From NCBI GenBank assembly GCA_032718475.1, contig JAUCBJ010008210.1, forward strand, positions 1-35,013: a DNA stretch of 35,013 bases, in the 5' to 3' direction. This DNA comes from Nemertoderma westbladi (Eukaryota > Animalia > Xenacoelomorpha). Both the position numbers and the translations under genes were made by a program. Positions within the stretch are counted from its first letter, which is position 1. Every line of letters starts with the position of its first letter. A model generated the notes under the pieces. The model was not told the DNA's origin and searched no databases. It worked only from the letters and a program-made list of their open reading frames with translations. Positions 1-13,101 of this stretch are shown piece after piece.

Positions 1-1163
1 CAATTAGATGGAATTCATATAAAATAGGCTAGAATTTCAAACTTATTTTTTCGGCGGGTGCCAAATTTTCGTGCCAGCACCAAATTTTGAAATTTGTCAA
101 TTTTGTAATTGATTGTTTGAATCTGATTTTTGCGCAATATGGGTTTTTGTGGTTCTGATTTCTATAGAAAATATACCAGTTGCACCAGGCATATCAAACT
201 TGTATTTTTCGGTGCTGTGTGCAAAATTTGGTGCCGGCACGATATTTTGAAAATACATTCAATATTCCAATTGATGTTTGACAACTTATTTATCTCATTT
301 TAGAGGTTTGTGGGTTTTTGCTAGCACCCAAAATTTGGTGCTAGCACCAAATTTTGAAACCCGTCAAATATATCAATTGTTTGTATCACCTTGTTTATTG
401 CGTTATACGGGTTTGTGAGGGTTCTGAATTCAATATAATAAGTAAAAATTTCATAACAGTTCTCACTCAAACTTTTATTTTTCGGCGGTGGGTGAAAATT
501 TTTGTGCCAGCACCAAATTTTAGAACATAAGCAAATTGATAAAGATATATTCTTGTTTCTTGCGTTATACGGGTTTATTATGAGGGTCCTGAATCCGATG
601 GAATCAATAATAAACAGCACTGGACATCTCAAACTTGTACATTTTGGTGATGGGTACGAAATTTGTTGATAGCACCAAAATTTGCCATATTATGCCGAAT
701 AATACGAGTAGGTATAAGTGAAATAAACATTTTGTGTTCAAACTGAAAAGTGCTGGTTACTGTTTTTTTCATTTTTGCCTACGTAGAGAACTAAACAGAC
801 ATTTATAGTAATCAGATCATTTTTTAATATTTTCAAATGGATTTTGGGCCCCAGAAAACCTGTATGAAAAACAATTATCCTTTTGTGTTGTTGTTGTTTG
901 TTTTATTGTAACTTCAAATTTTTTGAAAATTGTTCACTACTTGTAATTTTGGTGCTGCAAAATATCCACTCCAGTATATTTTTTCGAAATATTTTTTTCG
1001 GTCGGTTTTTCTAGTGAAATCTACGTACTAACAAAAAAATTAGACGTTTTCTTTAAAATTTGTAGATTTCAGAGGGGGGGGGGGGGGTGGTCAATATGAC
1101 CCCCCCCCCCCCCCCCCCCCGGTATTTGTACAACATTTCATTGCCCGGTACCAATCGGGTTAA
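1..1163. mobile_element. Right part of a non-autonomous piggyBac-like DNA transposon, inside the GPCR intron
   Basis: Ends in ...ccaatcGGG|TTAA (1157-1163), the CCC...GGG terminus plus TTAA target typical of piggyBac. Subterminal palindrome polyG-ggtca-ata-tgacc-polyC at ~1074-1120. Degenerate internal repeats with core gcaccaaattttg across 40-690. Left end lies outside the window. Confidence 0.55.
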
Positions 1164-1348
1164 GGAGGACTTCGGATGATTTCATTAATTTCTCTTTTAT
1201 AATATATATATATATAAATTTTTATTTTTTTAAAAATCTTTTATAATATATATATATATATATAATCTATAATTCTTAATTTATCTTTTATAATATATAT
1301 ATAATTTATAATTTATTTGCTCAACTTGTTTTTAATTATATTTTCTAG

Positions 1349-1688
1349 CGTTTCTATGAAAAAGGATCGTAAAATGACGACACAAGAGCGGCAGTCGCGT
1401 CGGCGGGTTGTCAATCGAGAGGCCCGAACAGCTGTTATCCTAATGACCGTGACCTGCATCTACGTCGTACTGATGATGCCGCGGGTAATCCTCAGCTGGT
1501 TCGACCATGACCAACTCGGAGATACTGGCCAGAAAGCCAAGTTTGTGTTCCACAGTCTGTTCTACCTGGATTTTGTTCTCAACCCGTTTACCTACGTGTT
1601 TATGTCTTCTAAGTTCCGTAACGATTGTGCACAGGCCCTTACCAGTATACTCCATAAACGTCAGAGCGTACGTAGTTTCAGGCATTGA
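1349..1688 (+). CDS. Terminal coding exon of a class A (rhodopsin-like) GPCR: end of ICL3, TM6, TM7, helix 8
   Basis: Acceptor ttttctAG at 1347-1348 (phase 2). Peptide has a basic ICL3 end (RRVVNREARTAVIL), hydrophobic TM6 with conserved Pro (YVVLMMP), TM7 NPFTY (NPxxY) and helix 8 (FMSSKFR). GC content rises sharply relative to the flanks. Stop TGA at 1686-1688. Confidence 0.9.
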
Positions 1689-1692
1689 GTGA

Positions 1693-1698
1693 AATAAA
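1693..1698 (+). promoter_or_regulatory. Candidate polyadenylation signal for the GPCR gene
   Basis: AATAAA starts 5 nt after the stop codon; weak evidence in AT-rich DNA. Confidence 0.3.
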
Positions 1699-3798
1699 GT
1701 GAAAAAAATAGTTCATATTAACTTATTGCTTATTTATCTAATATTAATTGCTGAGAAATTATTTATTTATTAATTTATGGTTCTGTAAGTATAAAAGATC
1801 CATACTACCCAAATTATACGTCATATTTTTGTATAATAATATAGAACCGTAATTAAGAAAATTTATGAAAGACGAATAATGCTGAAACCTAATAATACAA
1901 TAACAAAGAAAGTGCACTACTAACTATCCTATCACGCAGTCTGATATAACGTGTTTTTGTTGTTGTTGTTGTTATTATATATACGTGTTTTATTCAATAA
2001 CATAATATAGTCATGTGAATTAAATCAAAAACAGCCCAATCAATATTTTTTAAATGAGTCGTGTAATTAATAGAATATTTGTATGGAATTATATCGGTTC
2101 ACAATACATTAATTTTGATGTAATTATGTGTGCTTGCTTCTCTATGTTAATATTGGTTTTCTTTTCTAATATTACTAACATTGGAATTATTTGATGTGTA
2201 CGTGTATATACAATACATTCGTAGTGTCCACAATATTAATGTCCAACGCCACCTAATTTTGCAAATTGTATAATTTATTACCTTTGATTTTCGAACAAAA
2301 ATCACAAATAAATACAGGTAAATACTGTAGTTCATTGATATAAGAGATATACTGTACATATACATAACTTAGAAATTTGCGACTGGTATGTTTAATTCCA
2401 TTGGGGAATTGTTTTGAAAATAAATTAAAAATAATGGCGAGTAACGATAGAAAATCGGTGATTATGTTCTGGGTATTTATAATATTTTTATTCAAGTTAG
2501 TGAGTACCGATAGTATGTTTGTGATTAATCTTCTAAACCCACTGCTTTTCTTTTCAACTAACAAGAACTATCCCAATGTACCTTTTTACATACGTTCCAA
2601 CTAATTTCATTCCAATTCTACTTATATTCATATTTTACATCATACATTTTTCATACTTACATCGATTTTCCACTCACCAACTTAATTTACGTTTATTTTC
2701 TTAGTCCAACTTTAACTTAAGTTAACTATATACCGGTACATTAAATAAATTAATAATATGTAAATTTTATTTAACACAACAAAAAAAGTACATTTTTCTA
2801 CAGTCATTTCAACTTCAATGACATTCCCTTTCTAAATACATTCATGTTCTATTAACTTTGCAACTCAAATATGGGACTGTTTAACTTTCATTGCGGTGTC
2901 CACGCATACGCATAATATACTTAAACCACTTAAACTTATGTATACTACATATACTTAAACTATCCATATTTTAAATAAATTATGAACTATCAGACGTGAT
3001 GTAATAAATTAGGTCATGTAATATTTCATTAAGTAAGGTGAATGTACACCAAGAATATTTAGTGAATAATAAAAATATTTTAGTGTATATTTTGTTGTGC
3101 ATTGTATGGTTCTGCCCTAAGCTATAAGTTACAGTGCAGGCATTATATTATTATATATACATTATGTGGTATTCGCATTAATGTTGTTTATTTTATTTGC
3201 CCTCAATTTGTTATAAAACTATTTAATATATTACGAAATATATACTGTAAACCTTGTTTTATTATTCACTATCAACTATATATTTATTCACGTAATTATT
3301 TGGGTGCAATTTTACCCTTGCAGGCAATATTCGCCAAATCTAATTTTCTTCCGATATTTACAAAATTAAGGGGAATGATCAGTTTTTAGTGACTTCTAAC
3401 CAAAACAATATACGGGAGTCATAATAACAGGGTACATTTTTATAATCTACTAGATAATTTGTAGATAATTAATTGTAATTATTTATCTGGTGAGGACTGG
3501 GCTTTGCTGCGTAACCATGGAATGCAAATATTAAATATTGATGAAATTAATTTATGTAAAGCCAGAGCTGGCGAGATATGTAAATAATATAATGATATGT
3601 AAATTGCACATACCGCGTCCATTACATATAATATTATACTACTACTACTAGGTCGAGCGAACTCGGACACTGAAAGATATGAAAGATATAATATTATATA
3701 ATATATATAATACATAAACATAATACATATTTCTCTATATTATATTTTTCAATAAATAAATATACACCATTCAGTCACTTAAAAAATATAGCTACTCT

Positions 3799-3835
3799 TG
3801 CAAATTTTCGGGTTTACACAACCCTTATTCATGCA
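3799..3835 (-). ncRNA. Degenerate minimal hammerhead-ribozyme motif (Penelope pseudo-LTR type)
   Basis: Minus strand tgc-aTGAAtA-a-GGGTT-gtgta-AACCC-GAAA-at-tt-gca: intact stem II and GAAA, CUGANGA core with 2 substitutions, short tgc/gca stem I. Lies just 3' of the PLE ORF remnant. Confidence 0.5.
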
Positions 3836-3917
3836 TTATGTAATTTAATCAATTATTATAATGTTCTATTGTTCTAATGTTCTATTTAAATTATACTGTA
3901 GTTTCCTAGCAACCTAG

Positions 3918-4150
3918 CTAGCCTGTAATATAAATATGTTTAGTTTTGAGTATTCTCTATCATTCACCAAGCCTTTTGTTATTGCTTCATTTATGGAGTT
4001 GATTCCACATGGGGCCATTTGTTCCTAATGTACATTGCCAAAATCCATCTCTCTGTCTAAGACGTTCTTCCAGGTTTGGTCCCTTCGATACCTGTTCTAT
4101 TGGGGTTATTCGGAAATCATTCCACATGTGTCCATTCTGTCCAAAATATA
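3918..4150 (-). pseudogene. Penelope-like element GIY-YIG endonuclease C-terminal fragment
   Basis: Minus strand reads YFGQNGHMWNDFRITPIEQVSKGPNLEERLRQRDGFWQCTLGT, then after a 1-nt frameshift MAPCGINSINE. This matches the PLE endonuclease C-terminal pattern HF...H...IE.V...RE.FW...L.T..P.G.N. Confidence 0.75.
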
Positions 4151-5735
4151 ATATAGTTTATGTATATATATAATACATATATATAATACATATATATAAT
4201 ACATATAATATATACATTATAATATAAGTCCAACGTTCAAAATATATAGACAAAGTTCCAATTCAATTACATCAAATCTATACAATGTCTAAGTATTAAA
4301 ATTAATTCGTGAACGTTGTGAATTTAATTCGAATATTTAAACGTTTCTTTGACCTGCTCGGTGGGTATTCTGGGATGTGTCCACAACACCACGAGCCAAG
4401 GATATACTAAACATTTCCGTAAAGGCAGCTTCAAATACAATGACTCCATATACCTCATCCTGAGATAATAGCCTAATTTTCTTATTTCGTGAAAAACGCT
4501 TCGTTATTACTGGTAATTCTGCAGCTATTATCGACTCAAATCATTGCATAAACACTTCGTCAATTATTCCAACCCAACATCCCATTTAACGGGTCAAGGG
4601 GGGTGGGTGGTGGATTTGGCGCAAATTCCGTCTCCGCGAATTAAAATAACAGTGGCACGTTGCTCTTACCAAAACAATAAAACAATACAACAGGTTTAAG
4701 TTTAATTTTGTATTAAGTTATTTTGATTGCGTGAAAAATTCTCTCTGTCTGTACGTCGCAACTGTTAATCTATGAATAAATTGCATAAAGTTCACAAAAA
4801 TTACCGGAAATAATAGAAGAGTGGCCATCCTATGAGACAACTCGGTCTGCCTACGGGTAGGTAGACGCTACGGGGAGGTAGACGTCCAGGGGACTGCGAC
4901 ATGCGGACACCCCGCATTCCGAGGGTGACACCGGAAATGTTAAAGAGCCTCCACTGCATTCCGGGACATTACTGTATGTGTGCGATAATATCATCGACTG
5001 CCTGGTTAAATTTATTTTCGTTATTTCTCAACTATAATTCTATTTCCTATATTCCCCTCAGCAATATCCATAAACTATAAAGCGTTTTCTGTTTCTTAGC
5101 TTGTAACTCGTATATTATCGTATATTATATTATTATAACTCGCATATTTGAATGGAGTCATGTAAGATTTAGGATGAACTCTGCACATGGGTGATGCAGT
5201 TTTAATGGACCACAGTATAGGCTAAATGCTAAGATACAATTTCATTCTTCTTCAATATCCCCTATAGGGGCTCAGTAAGTTACTAGATCGATAGATTGTC
5301 AGAACTACACCATCTAAGAGATATTATTCTGAGAATAAAGAGCACATAACCGTTCCATTGGGACTTAATATCTCGGATAATACAACTTTACTTTCACATT
5401 GAAATCCTCAAGAGATTATTCTCTTCCGCCAATAGCACGGATAACTCGCACTCTTCCACACAGAGCACTTATATTTGAGCAACGTCAATCTCCACGGGAC
5501 TGGTCATCTACGCTTTTCTAAGTTTCTAAGTTTGAAGGAAGTGCACCCTTCAATTACTACAGTACCACCACCACACACTGCGCATAATAAACTAGCACTA
5601 TATTCACAATGGCATCTTTATCAACTACGTAGGATAAGTAATATGTTTTTCTTAAGCAGCTATCTCCCCATACTAACAATCTGTTTATTTAGGCCCTATT
5701 ATAACAAATTATTTTATACACTTCGAATGAAGTTA

Positions 5736-6106
5736 GGACAATTAGTACCCGGACAATTCGTATCCGAGATTTTTTTATGATGGGTACGAATTGTCCGGGT
5801 ACAGATAATGTTGGTTTTTTCCGAATTATCCGGGTACGAATTGTCCGGGTACGAATTGTCCGGTACGAATTGTCCGGGTACGAATTCTCCGGGTACGAAT
5901 TTTCCGGTACGAATTGTCCGGGTACGAATTGTCCGGGTACGAATTGTCCGGGTACGAATTGTCCGGTACGAATTTCCGGTACGAATTGTCCGGGTACGAA
6001 TTGTCCGGGTACGAATTTTACGGGTACAAATTGTCCGGGTACGAATTCTCCGGTACGAATTGCCCGGGTCGGGTATGAACGTTCCGGGTACGAATTGTCC
6101 GGAGAC
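5736..6106. repeat. 15-bp minisatellite (gggtacgaattgtcc) with two inverted copies at the left; probable foldback/MITE remnant
   Basis: About 20 units of 14-15 bp at 5782-6102; reverse-complement copies ggacaatt(a/c)gta(c/t)cc at 5736-5765. Confidence 0.85.
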
Positions 6107-6326
6107 CGCGTCGAATATATACAGTATGAGCTTACAATGTATTGATCCGAAAGATTTCTTAACAGCTATATATCCAGAGTTTATTCAATTTGAGGACTGG
6201 GTAATGGGTATAAGGAATATCTGGCTGTCTGCAAATTCAATGATAATAATAATTTTCAGTTTTTGTTACTCAAGTTACTATTTTCGAGATGTAAAGCCTT
6301 CAGTACTTCGCTTTTGAAGGTCAGAT

Positions 6327-6470
6327 GTGGGGCTAGCCACGAAGTGAGTGAGCCTTAGCGTAGTGGTACCATTAATCAACCCGTGGGGCGAGCCACGAAG
6401 TGAGTGAGCCTTAGCGTAGTGGTACCATTAATCAACCTGTGGGGCGATCCAAACTTGGTACACATGTTGT
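6327..6470. repeat. 56-bp tandem duplication (2 copies plus a partial) followed by a Helentron/DINE-like core motif
   Basis: Units start at 6327, 6383 and 6439 (gtggggc.agccacgaagtgagtgagccttagcgtagtggtaccattaatcaacc), followed by aaacttggtacacatgtt. The family link is inference. Confidence 0.75.
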
Positions 6471-7274
6471 TTGGCAAAAGTTTAGAAATTTTCCAAGTAG
6501 AATTTCCGTGTGGCCTTCGAGAAGCTAAGATAATAGCAGTTAATTAGTTAATTAAGTTGATTACGGTAAAAACACCATTTTCAACCTGCCTTTTAAAGGA
6601 AATTAATTGTTTTACAGTATAAGATTTAAATAATTATAATTAAAAATTATACAGATGTAATCCACATACGCCATTCTATTATAGTTTTTAATTAGTTCAA
6701 GTGATTTGCTTTAATAATTGTGTCTTTAATTGATCTAAAGTAATTAAAACGGCAAAAAAATTGATTCTCATTAAATACTGCTCATTTATTGGTTAACATC
6801 CAAGTTGGCTCGGTGCTGGTACATAAGATAGGAAGGATGTTTGGTGTGTGTAGAACAGCCAGTGCTCTTCAATGGGAATGCGAATGTAAGTAACCACATG
6901 TGTACAGGCCGGTAGACAGATTGGCCATAGCTAGCTAACGAGATGGAAATCTGAATTCCCTACTATTCAGTCTATTATTGTGTTATTGTGTGTTAGACAG
7001 ATCTCATTTAATAAATGTCAGTCAATAACATTTTACCACTGCAGAAGGCTTATTTATATCCATACTTGTTTTTTCCTCATAAATATTGGGCTTATTATTT
7101 TTTGATGGGATTTCTTTGTAGTTGAATTGTCTAAGTTTTTACACTGAGGCATTAACAGAGGGTACTGGTATTAAATTAATTATTTGAATATCATTACTGC
7201 TGCATTTAGTACTGCGTTCTGCATTGATTATATTCCTATAAACCATTCCTGGTTTCGCATATTGCACGTATCCA

Positions 7275-8270
7275 TAGTTATAAAGATTGCCAGTCTGCGT
7301 TTAGGAAATATATTTAAATACAAAACAGGACGAGCGCAACGACGCTTATAATAATTAAGACGAGTACGGCGTTGATTATATTCCTATACACCACCTGGCT
7401 TTAGACTAACCAGAGAGGAATTGTAATAGGCAACCAGTATTGTTGCTATTCCAGCCCAGACAGCATTCTTTAAATCCAACATCCCAACATCCTTCCTGTA
7501 TTCCAATTCCTATTGACTCTACTATAAGTGTTGTATTATTATCACTATCACTGAATTGTGTTTATTATAGGCTGGACGGGCCCCATAACCGTTCGACTAC
7601 TACTACTATTGCTATCTCAGGTAAATGACAGATATAATACCATAAATACAATCCATGGCATGGCTGTTGTAGGTTTCTGAAATAGTTTATTCCACAATGT
7701 ATATGTCTGGTTATTTTTTAATTGAATTTTTGCAAAGTAGTAAAATTAATGTTCTTAAAAATAATATTATTATTTTATATGTAACCTAGGAAATTAGCTA
7801 CATTTTTTCGCTGCAGCTTTAAGAGTGTACATTGATTTAATATTATTTCAATACCCATATTCTGTACTACATCGGCATAAGATGCGTTGGCGTTGTATCA
7901 CACATCTCCACATATCACACATATCCACATAGATGTATCAACAGTTACTCGCACAGTTTCGAAACTTCCCATAGTTATAACTGTATAAAGATCGTCAGTC
8001 TGCGTTTAGGAAAAATATTTTATGACAAAACAGGACAAGCGACGAGCGCAACGAGGCATATAATGAAGACGAGTACTGCGTTGACTAAATTATTATATAA
8101 ACCACCTGGCTTCACATATTGATCGCATCCCTAGTTATTATTATTATAAAGATCGTCCTAGCCTGCGTTTAAGAAATATATTTAAATACAAAACAGGACG
8201 AACGCAACGAGGCTTATAATGAAAGCGAGTACTGCGTTTATTATATTCCTATAAACCACCTGGCTTTGCA
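7275..8270. repeat. Three diverged ~125-bp direct repeats (about 7275-7402, 7985-8112, 8145-8268)
   Basis: Shared tataaagat..agtctgcgtttaggaaa..acaaaacaggac..gcgcaacgag..gagtactgcgtt..accacctggctt; a partial copy lies at ~7208-7260. Confidence 0.8.
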
Positions 8271-9457
8271 TATTGAACGTGCGATTGGAAATAAGTTCGT
8301 GCTACCCTTCCGTGGGTGGTAGATGTCGCGGTTATGTATTGGTGGTTGGGAAGGGTGGGGGGGGGGATTAAAAGGGGTGAACACGTACTGTCCCCCTTGC
8401 TTTGATTGATTGGTGGTGTGGGTAAATTTCTCAAAACCTGATTTTGTGATACAGTCGCTCAATTTTAATTTGTATCTCATAACTGGGCCTCGTGCTGCGC
8501 GAAGGCCCCACGAACGTGTAATGTGTTATGTTGTCCTCTAGAGTGATATGGACAATTCGCTGTCCATATTAATGTACGCCTAAACTATAATCTAGAATTA
8601 AATTAAATATGAAAGTAAAAAACCTCTATGGGGTTTATTACTAAATTGAAACCTTAAAAATCAATACCAATCAAATAAGAATCCGTACATACTAATTGAA
8701 CTTTGCTATTTATCACATAAGATAAATTTATTAGCTATCTCTCGCCCCGCTCGATAACTCACTCAATTGTAGCAGATTTCAGGATTATTACCTGAACTAA
8801 CAACTCATCCCCCAGGAGTTTCCTCGAGTACAGATTTTTTTTTTGGTGGGAGGGGAGGGGGGAGGGGGGGGGGTTGGAAATAACTCATCAGAATTTATTC
8901 GTCATCTCTTACCTAATGTAGTGCATGGGTAGGCCTAGGCCACTAGGCCTATACCTAGACACTAATATAACTAGGAATAGGCGATGTCTTCTTATCATCT
9001 TAGGGACTTACCCATATCATAGCCAAGATTCACTAATTTTTCTGCGGGCACGCGGTGGGCTGGGCGGGTGTTGCAGTGTTCGCTTTCATGAGCTAAAATT
9101 GATTACTAATGGAACGCATGTGTTGCACTGATTCTAGATCGAATATTTAATCTACCTCTTGTGTTTGAAGCAATTATCGAATTATCATCAGGAAATGAAA
9201 ATATGTTATGTAAATTCAATCATTTTACAAAGTAAGCAGTTAAAATTATGTATTTATCACAAAGAGTACTCAATACAAATAAAAGTTTCTTAGATTCAGT
9301 TCGATTTTAATCAGTTTATAATGTTCTCAAAATTAATGTAAATAAAATTAATATTAAAATATTTTGTTAAAATTGCAATGCATTCATTTCAAACTAAAAC
9401 TCATCTTCAGGCAATAAATAAAATCAATAAAAACAATCAAAGACTAGTTATCAATGC

Positions 9458-9650
9458 ATGTTTGACGTTTGTAAAGAGAGCAAGTTCAGAACACTTATTA
9501 AGCCAGCCGAAATTAAGTTAGAGTCAATAAGTCTCAGCTACGTAGCCACTTTTAAGTATCTGGAGCATGTCATACTGTATCTAGTGATTTTTTTTTACGA
9601 CGCAGACATTTTAGCGCAAACTAGGTCATTCTATGCCAGAGCAAAAACAT
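9458..9650 (+). pseudogene. Decayed non-LTR retrotransposon (LINE) RT C-terminal fragment
   Basis: IKLESISLSYVATFKYLEHVI...DADILAQTRSFYARA resembles the V..FKYLG..I....D.DI....R.FY.R pattern downstream of LINE RT domain 7. Confidence 0.6.
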
Positions 9651-9651
9651 A

Positions 9652-9990
9652 ATTAGCAAGTCGTTAGACTTGATTACTCTAAGAAAAAAAGCTACTGGCT
9701 ACTGACTACTGGCTACTGGTACTGACTACTGGCTACTGTCTACTGGCTACTGGTACTGACTACTGGCTACTGGCTACTGACTACTGGCTACTGACTACTG
9801 GCTACTGACTACTGGCTACTGACTACTGGTACTGACTACACACTACTGGCTACTGACTACTGACTACTGGCTACTGGCTACTGACTACTGACTACTGGTA
9901 CTGACTACTGACTACTGGCTACTGACCTAGAGCAAAAACGGCTCTAACGATTTTGATGAAATTTTGCATGGACCATGAAAATGGATTTCT
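9652..9990 (+). mobile_element. Helentron-associated (DINE-1/HINE-like) element with a 7-bp microsatellite
   Basis: Hairpin caagtc-gtta-gacttg (9657-9672), then (ctactg[g/a])n at 9691-9926, then core gcaaaaacggctctaacgattttgatgaaattttgcatgg. This is the hairpin/microsatellite/core layout known for DINE-like elements. Confidence 0.55.
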
Positions 9991-11499
9991 AAGGGTACTT
10001 GTGAAATCGTGGTTTAAATTGAAACATCTCAACTTGTTTTATTTCGAAAAATAGCCCCAAAACACGAAAATTGCCATAGGCGCAATGATAAAACACCAGC
10101 TGGCACTCTTGAAAAATGTATAGAGATGGCCTGGTAATGCACTCAATAGGAAGGGCAACTAACAAAGAAGCATTGTCTGTGCCAAGTTTTATTATCACTC
10201 TACTCTACAACCCAGACTGTAATCAAACATTAACTTGTTTAACTATTACAGTCTCAGCTGAATAACTCTTCCAAATGCATCCTTGCTATGTTAATTAATT
10301 GGCGTGCATGCTAATTGGCTGTTAGTTATACAGTCTGTTGGCTACACAGTGTATTGTACTATGCTCTCATCGCATTATTGTTTTATTTTGAAATCTTTGT
10401 GCCAACATTAATACTTTGGAGGCTGTATGCTTATAAGGCTGAATGCTTACTCAGCCTCATAATGATTCTCCATAAAAGGCTAACATTATATAGTATGAAA
10501 TATAAAAATCTGTTATTATAATAATATAATTGTTGTATTTAATTAATATCGTGGTTTACATTGAACAGTGTAAATTGTTAATCGCGGTTTACATTGAAAC
10601 ATCTCAACTTGTTTTATTTATTACAAAAATAAGAACGAATTTGACTTATCACTTCTTGTGCGCGATTGTATTGAATTCATGACAACTGCTGTTATTATTA
10701 TTAATCAATTGACACCTCGACTCCTCTCTGAGACTCCGACTTCTCTATCCGATAGAATAAAATAATCATTTCGCTAACTGCTCTCTATCTTCTATAATAA
10801 CAACAGCTTGTATAATTCATTAGATGATTACAACATAATAATTATAGTTTGAAGTTGTCTAGAAAATTTTTCGTACACCACCGGGACTACCCTCACACTA
10901 ATTGATTATCAGACAGAACAAAAAGCTTTTTCTTGACTCGTATTGTCTCCTACGACTTGCTTCACAGACCGCTAGGACCGTCTCTAGTAATTAGACGATT
11001 TGGACGCTGTGCTCAGACAATGTTAAGATCGCGCGTTTTAATAGTTATTGTTATTGCTTTTTTTGCTTTGCTTTGAATCATAGCCTACTCCATACTTCAA
11101 TAAAGAAGTTCCCTATCATCAGGGCATAGGCACCTTGCTAACTTTCTATTAGTTAGATTTAATTTGAAAAATAGGTTGATAAGCTTACATTGATTGACAT
11201 GAATATTCTTAGATATTCTTCCATGAAAGTCAACTCATTATATCCTTGCCTTATAATTTATAATAATTCGTTGTCTAGACATCGGTGTAAATTATCCAGG
11301 ATGTGCTCTCCCTGTATAAGCTATCATTATCAATTCTTTAATCTTATTTCAAGCAGCTATCATTATCAATTCTTTAATCTTATTTCCCGAAATGTCGTTA
11401 AAAATATAAGAGTTTTAAAATAGTTGATATTTCAGTTGTTTTAGTACTGGGCAATTTCATTTCTAAACTGCTTACAGACTACATTTTGTACCATAGAAT

Positions 11500-12600
11500 T
11501 GGTTATTTTAACGTTCAAATATTCGGATTAATAGAACAAGGTTGATTAATGGTAACCCCACTCAAGTCTCGCGAGCTTAGCATTTCTGTGGGAGATAAGC
11601 GCTGGGATCCTGAAACATTTGTTCGAGCTTTCGAGTATTATGCCACTAGCCGTTGCTTATACCGTAAACTTAGAGAAGATTTTAAACTGCCAGGAGTGCG
11701 AACTTTACAACGAATCACATCTTCCGTCTCACATGCTGATGACTCTATGGTTTTATTTAGCGTTTTTAACAAACTTCCAATCGAGCAACGTCGTTGTATA
11801 ATTATTCTCGATGAAATTTATGTTAAAGCTGCATTGAGATATGGAGGTGGAGAACTATTTGGAGAGGCTGCTAATTCCCCAGGACAATTGGCTCGTACTA
11901 CAGTATATTGGGGCTGATGATACAGTGTCTATATGGTGGGCCTACATTTCTTAATAAGATGGTACCCGTTCTAAAATTGAATTCAAACTTTCAGCAACAA
12001 ATAGTTGATGAAATATCCAGTGACAACATAACATCTGGAGGGGAGATATTGTGCACCATTTGCGATAACTTGAAAGTTAATAGACAATTTTTTTCTTTGT
12101 ACCAGACAGTAAGAAATGAACCCTGGCTTACCCAGAATCGCTACCTTTCTAATTTATCACTTTATACATTTGTTCAAATGTATTCGCAATAACTGGATCA
12201 CAGAAAAATCGAAAACTATCGAATTTGATGGATGTGTAGCGAAATGGTCCTGTATTGAAAGTCTCTTTGAATGAGAAAAGGCATCATCAATAAAGATTGA
12301 CACAGAAGGCTGTGTACCCAAAGCCTATTGAAAGACAGGATGTTTCTGCTATGTTTTGTGATGAAACTGTTGTTGCTCTTCGTACTCACGTTGATCCCAC
12401 TGATGATGATAAACAAACCGCAACTTTCATTGAGAAGTTCGTTCGCGCATTAAGATACTTAACATTCGCAGTCACAGTGAAGACCAGCACTTAAACGACC
12501 CACTGCGCCAACCATTTACAGAAATATTTATTTGAAACAATTGCGGATAGTTATTTCGCCTAAGTCGTGCCAATGGTGTGCTTTACCAGACTGTGTAACA
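11500..12600 (+). pseudogene. P-element/THAP9-family DDE transposase remnant
   Basis: YRKLREDFKLPGVRTLQR, CIIILDEIYVK..LRY....LFG (first catalytic D), ICDNLKVN (second D), HLFKCIRNNW (~12167-12196) and PKPIERQDV. Split over several frames by frameshifts. Confidence 0.85.
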
Positions 12601-12655
12601 TATTTCTTAATAATTACAGTGTATTAGTCACCCATACAAGCTCTAAGGAAACATA

Positions 12656-12805
12656 AATTAAAGCAATCAAGTTGTGCTAATGATATGTGTTTTAATTAAA
12701 GCAATCAAGTTGTGCTAATGATATGTTTTTCAATTAACGCAATCAAGTTGTGCTAATGATATGTTTTTCAATAAAAGCAATCAAGTTGTGCTAATGATAT
12801 GTTTT
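12656..12805. repeat. ~38-bp tandem repeat, 4 copies
   Basis: aattaaagcaatcaagttgtgctaatgatatgtttt repeated four times. Confidence 0.9.
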
Positions 12806-13101
12806 ATTTATTGCCATACAGTAAAGTTAATTACGTTAAGTATGAAGTTATCAGGCTAAGTATAAAGTAACACCATAAGTGTAAAGTTATCACCCTAAAT
12901 TTAAAGTGCTGCTTAACAAAGAAAATTTATAATACATTTTTATTCTAGGGAAGCAATGTGATTTTTAAATAAGACCAATTTCAATTAATTATAATCCAGC
13001 AGATTAACAGACAAACTGTAATCAATGACATAAAGTTTAATTAAAGTTTCAAAACGTATGCATGCATCCTACGGAAAAAATATTTAGTGCATAGTTATCA
13101 G

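Noticed and set aside
5180-5500. Possible LINE AP-endonuclease relic on the minus strand (EDFNV, SIDLV)
   Set aside because: Only short motifs that need several frameshifts; too weak without a profile search.
5777-6317. ORFs with GTNCP / VRIVR repeats
   Set aside because: They are readouts of the 15-bp minisatellite, open in several frames.
8485-8541. Helitron 3' end (gggcct...aggccc hairpin then ctag)
   Set aside because: The hairpin-to-CTAG spacing is long, the next base is not T, and no 5' end was identified.
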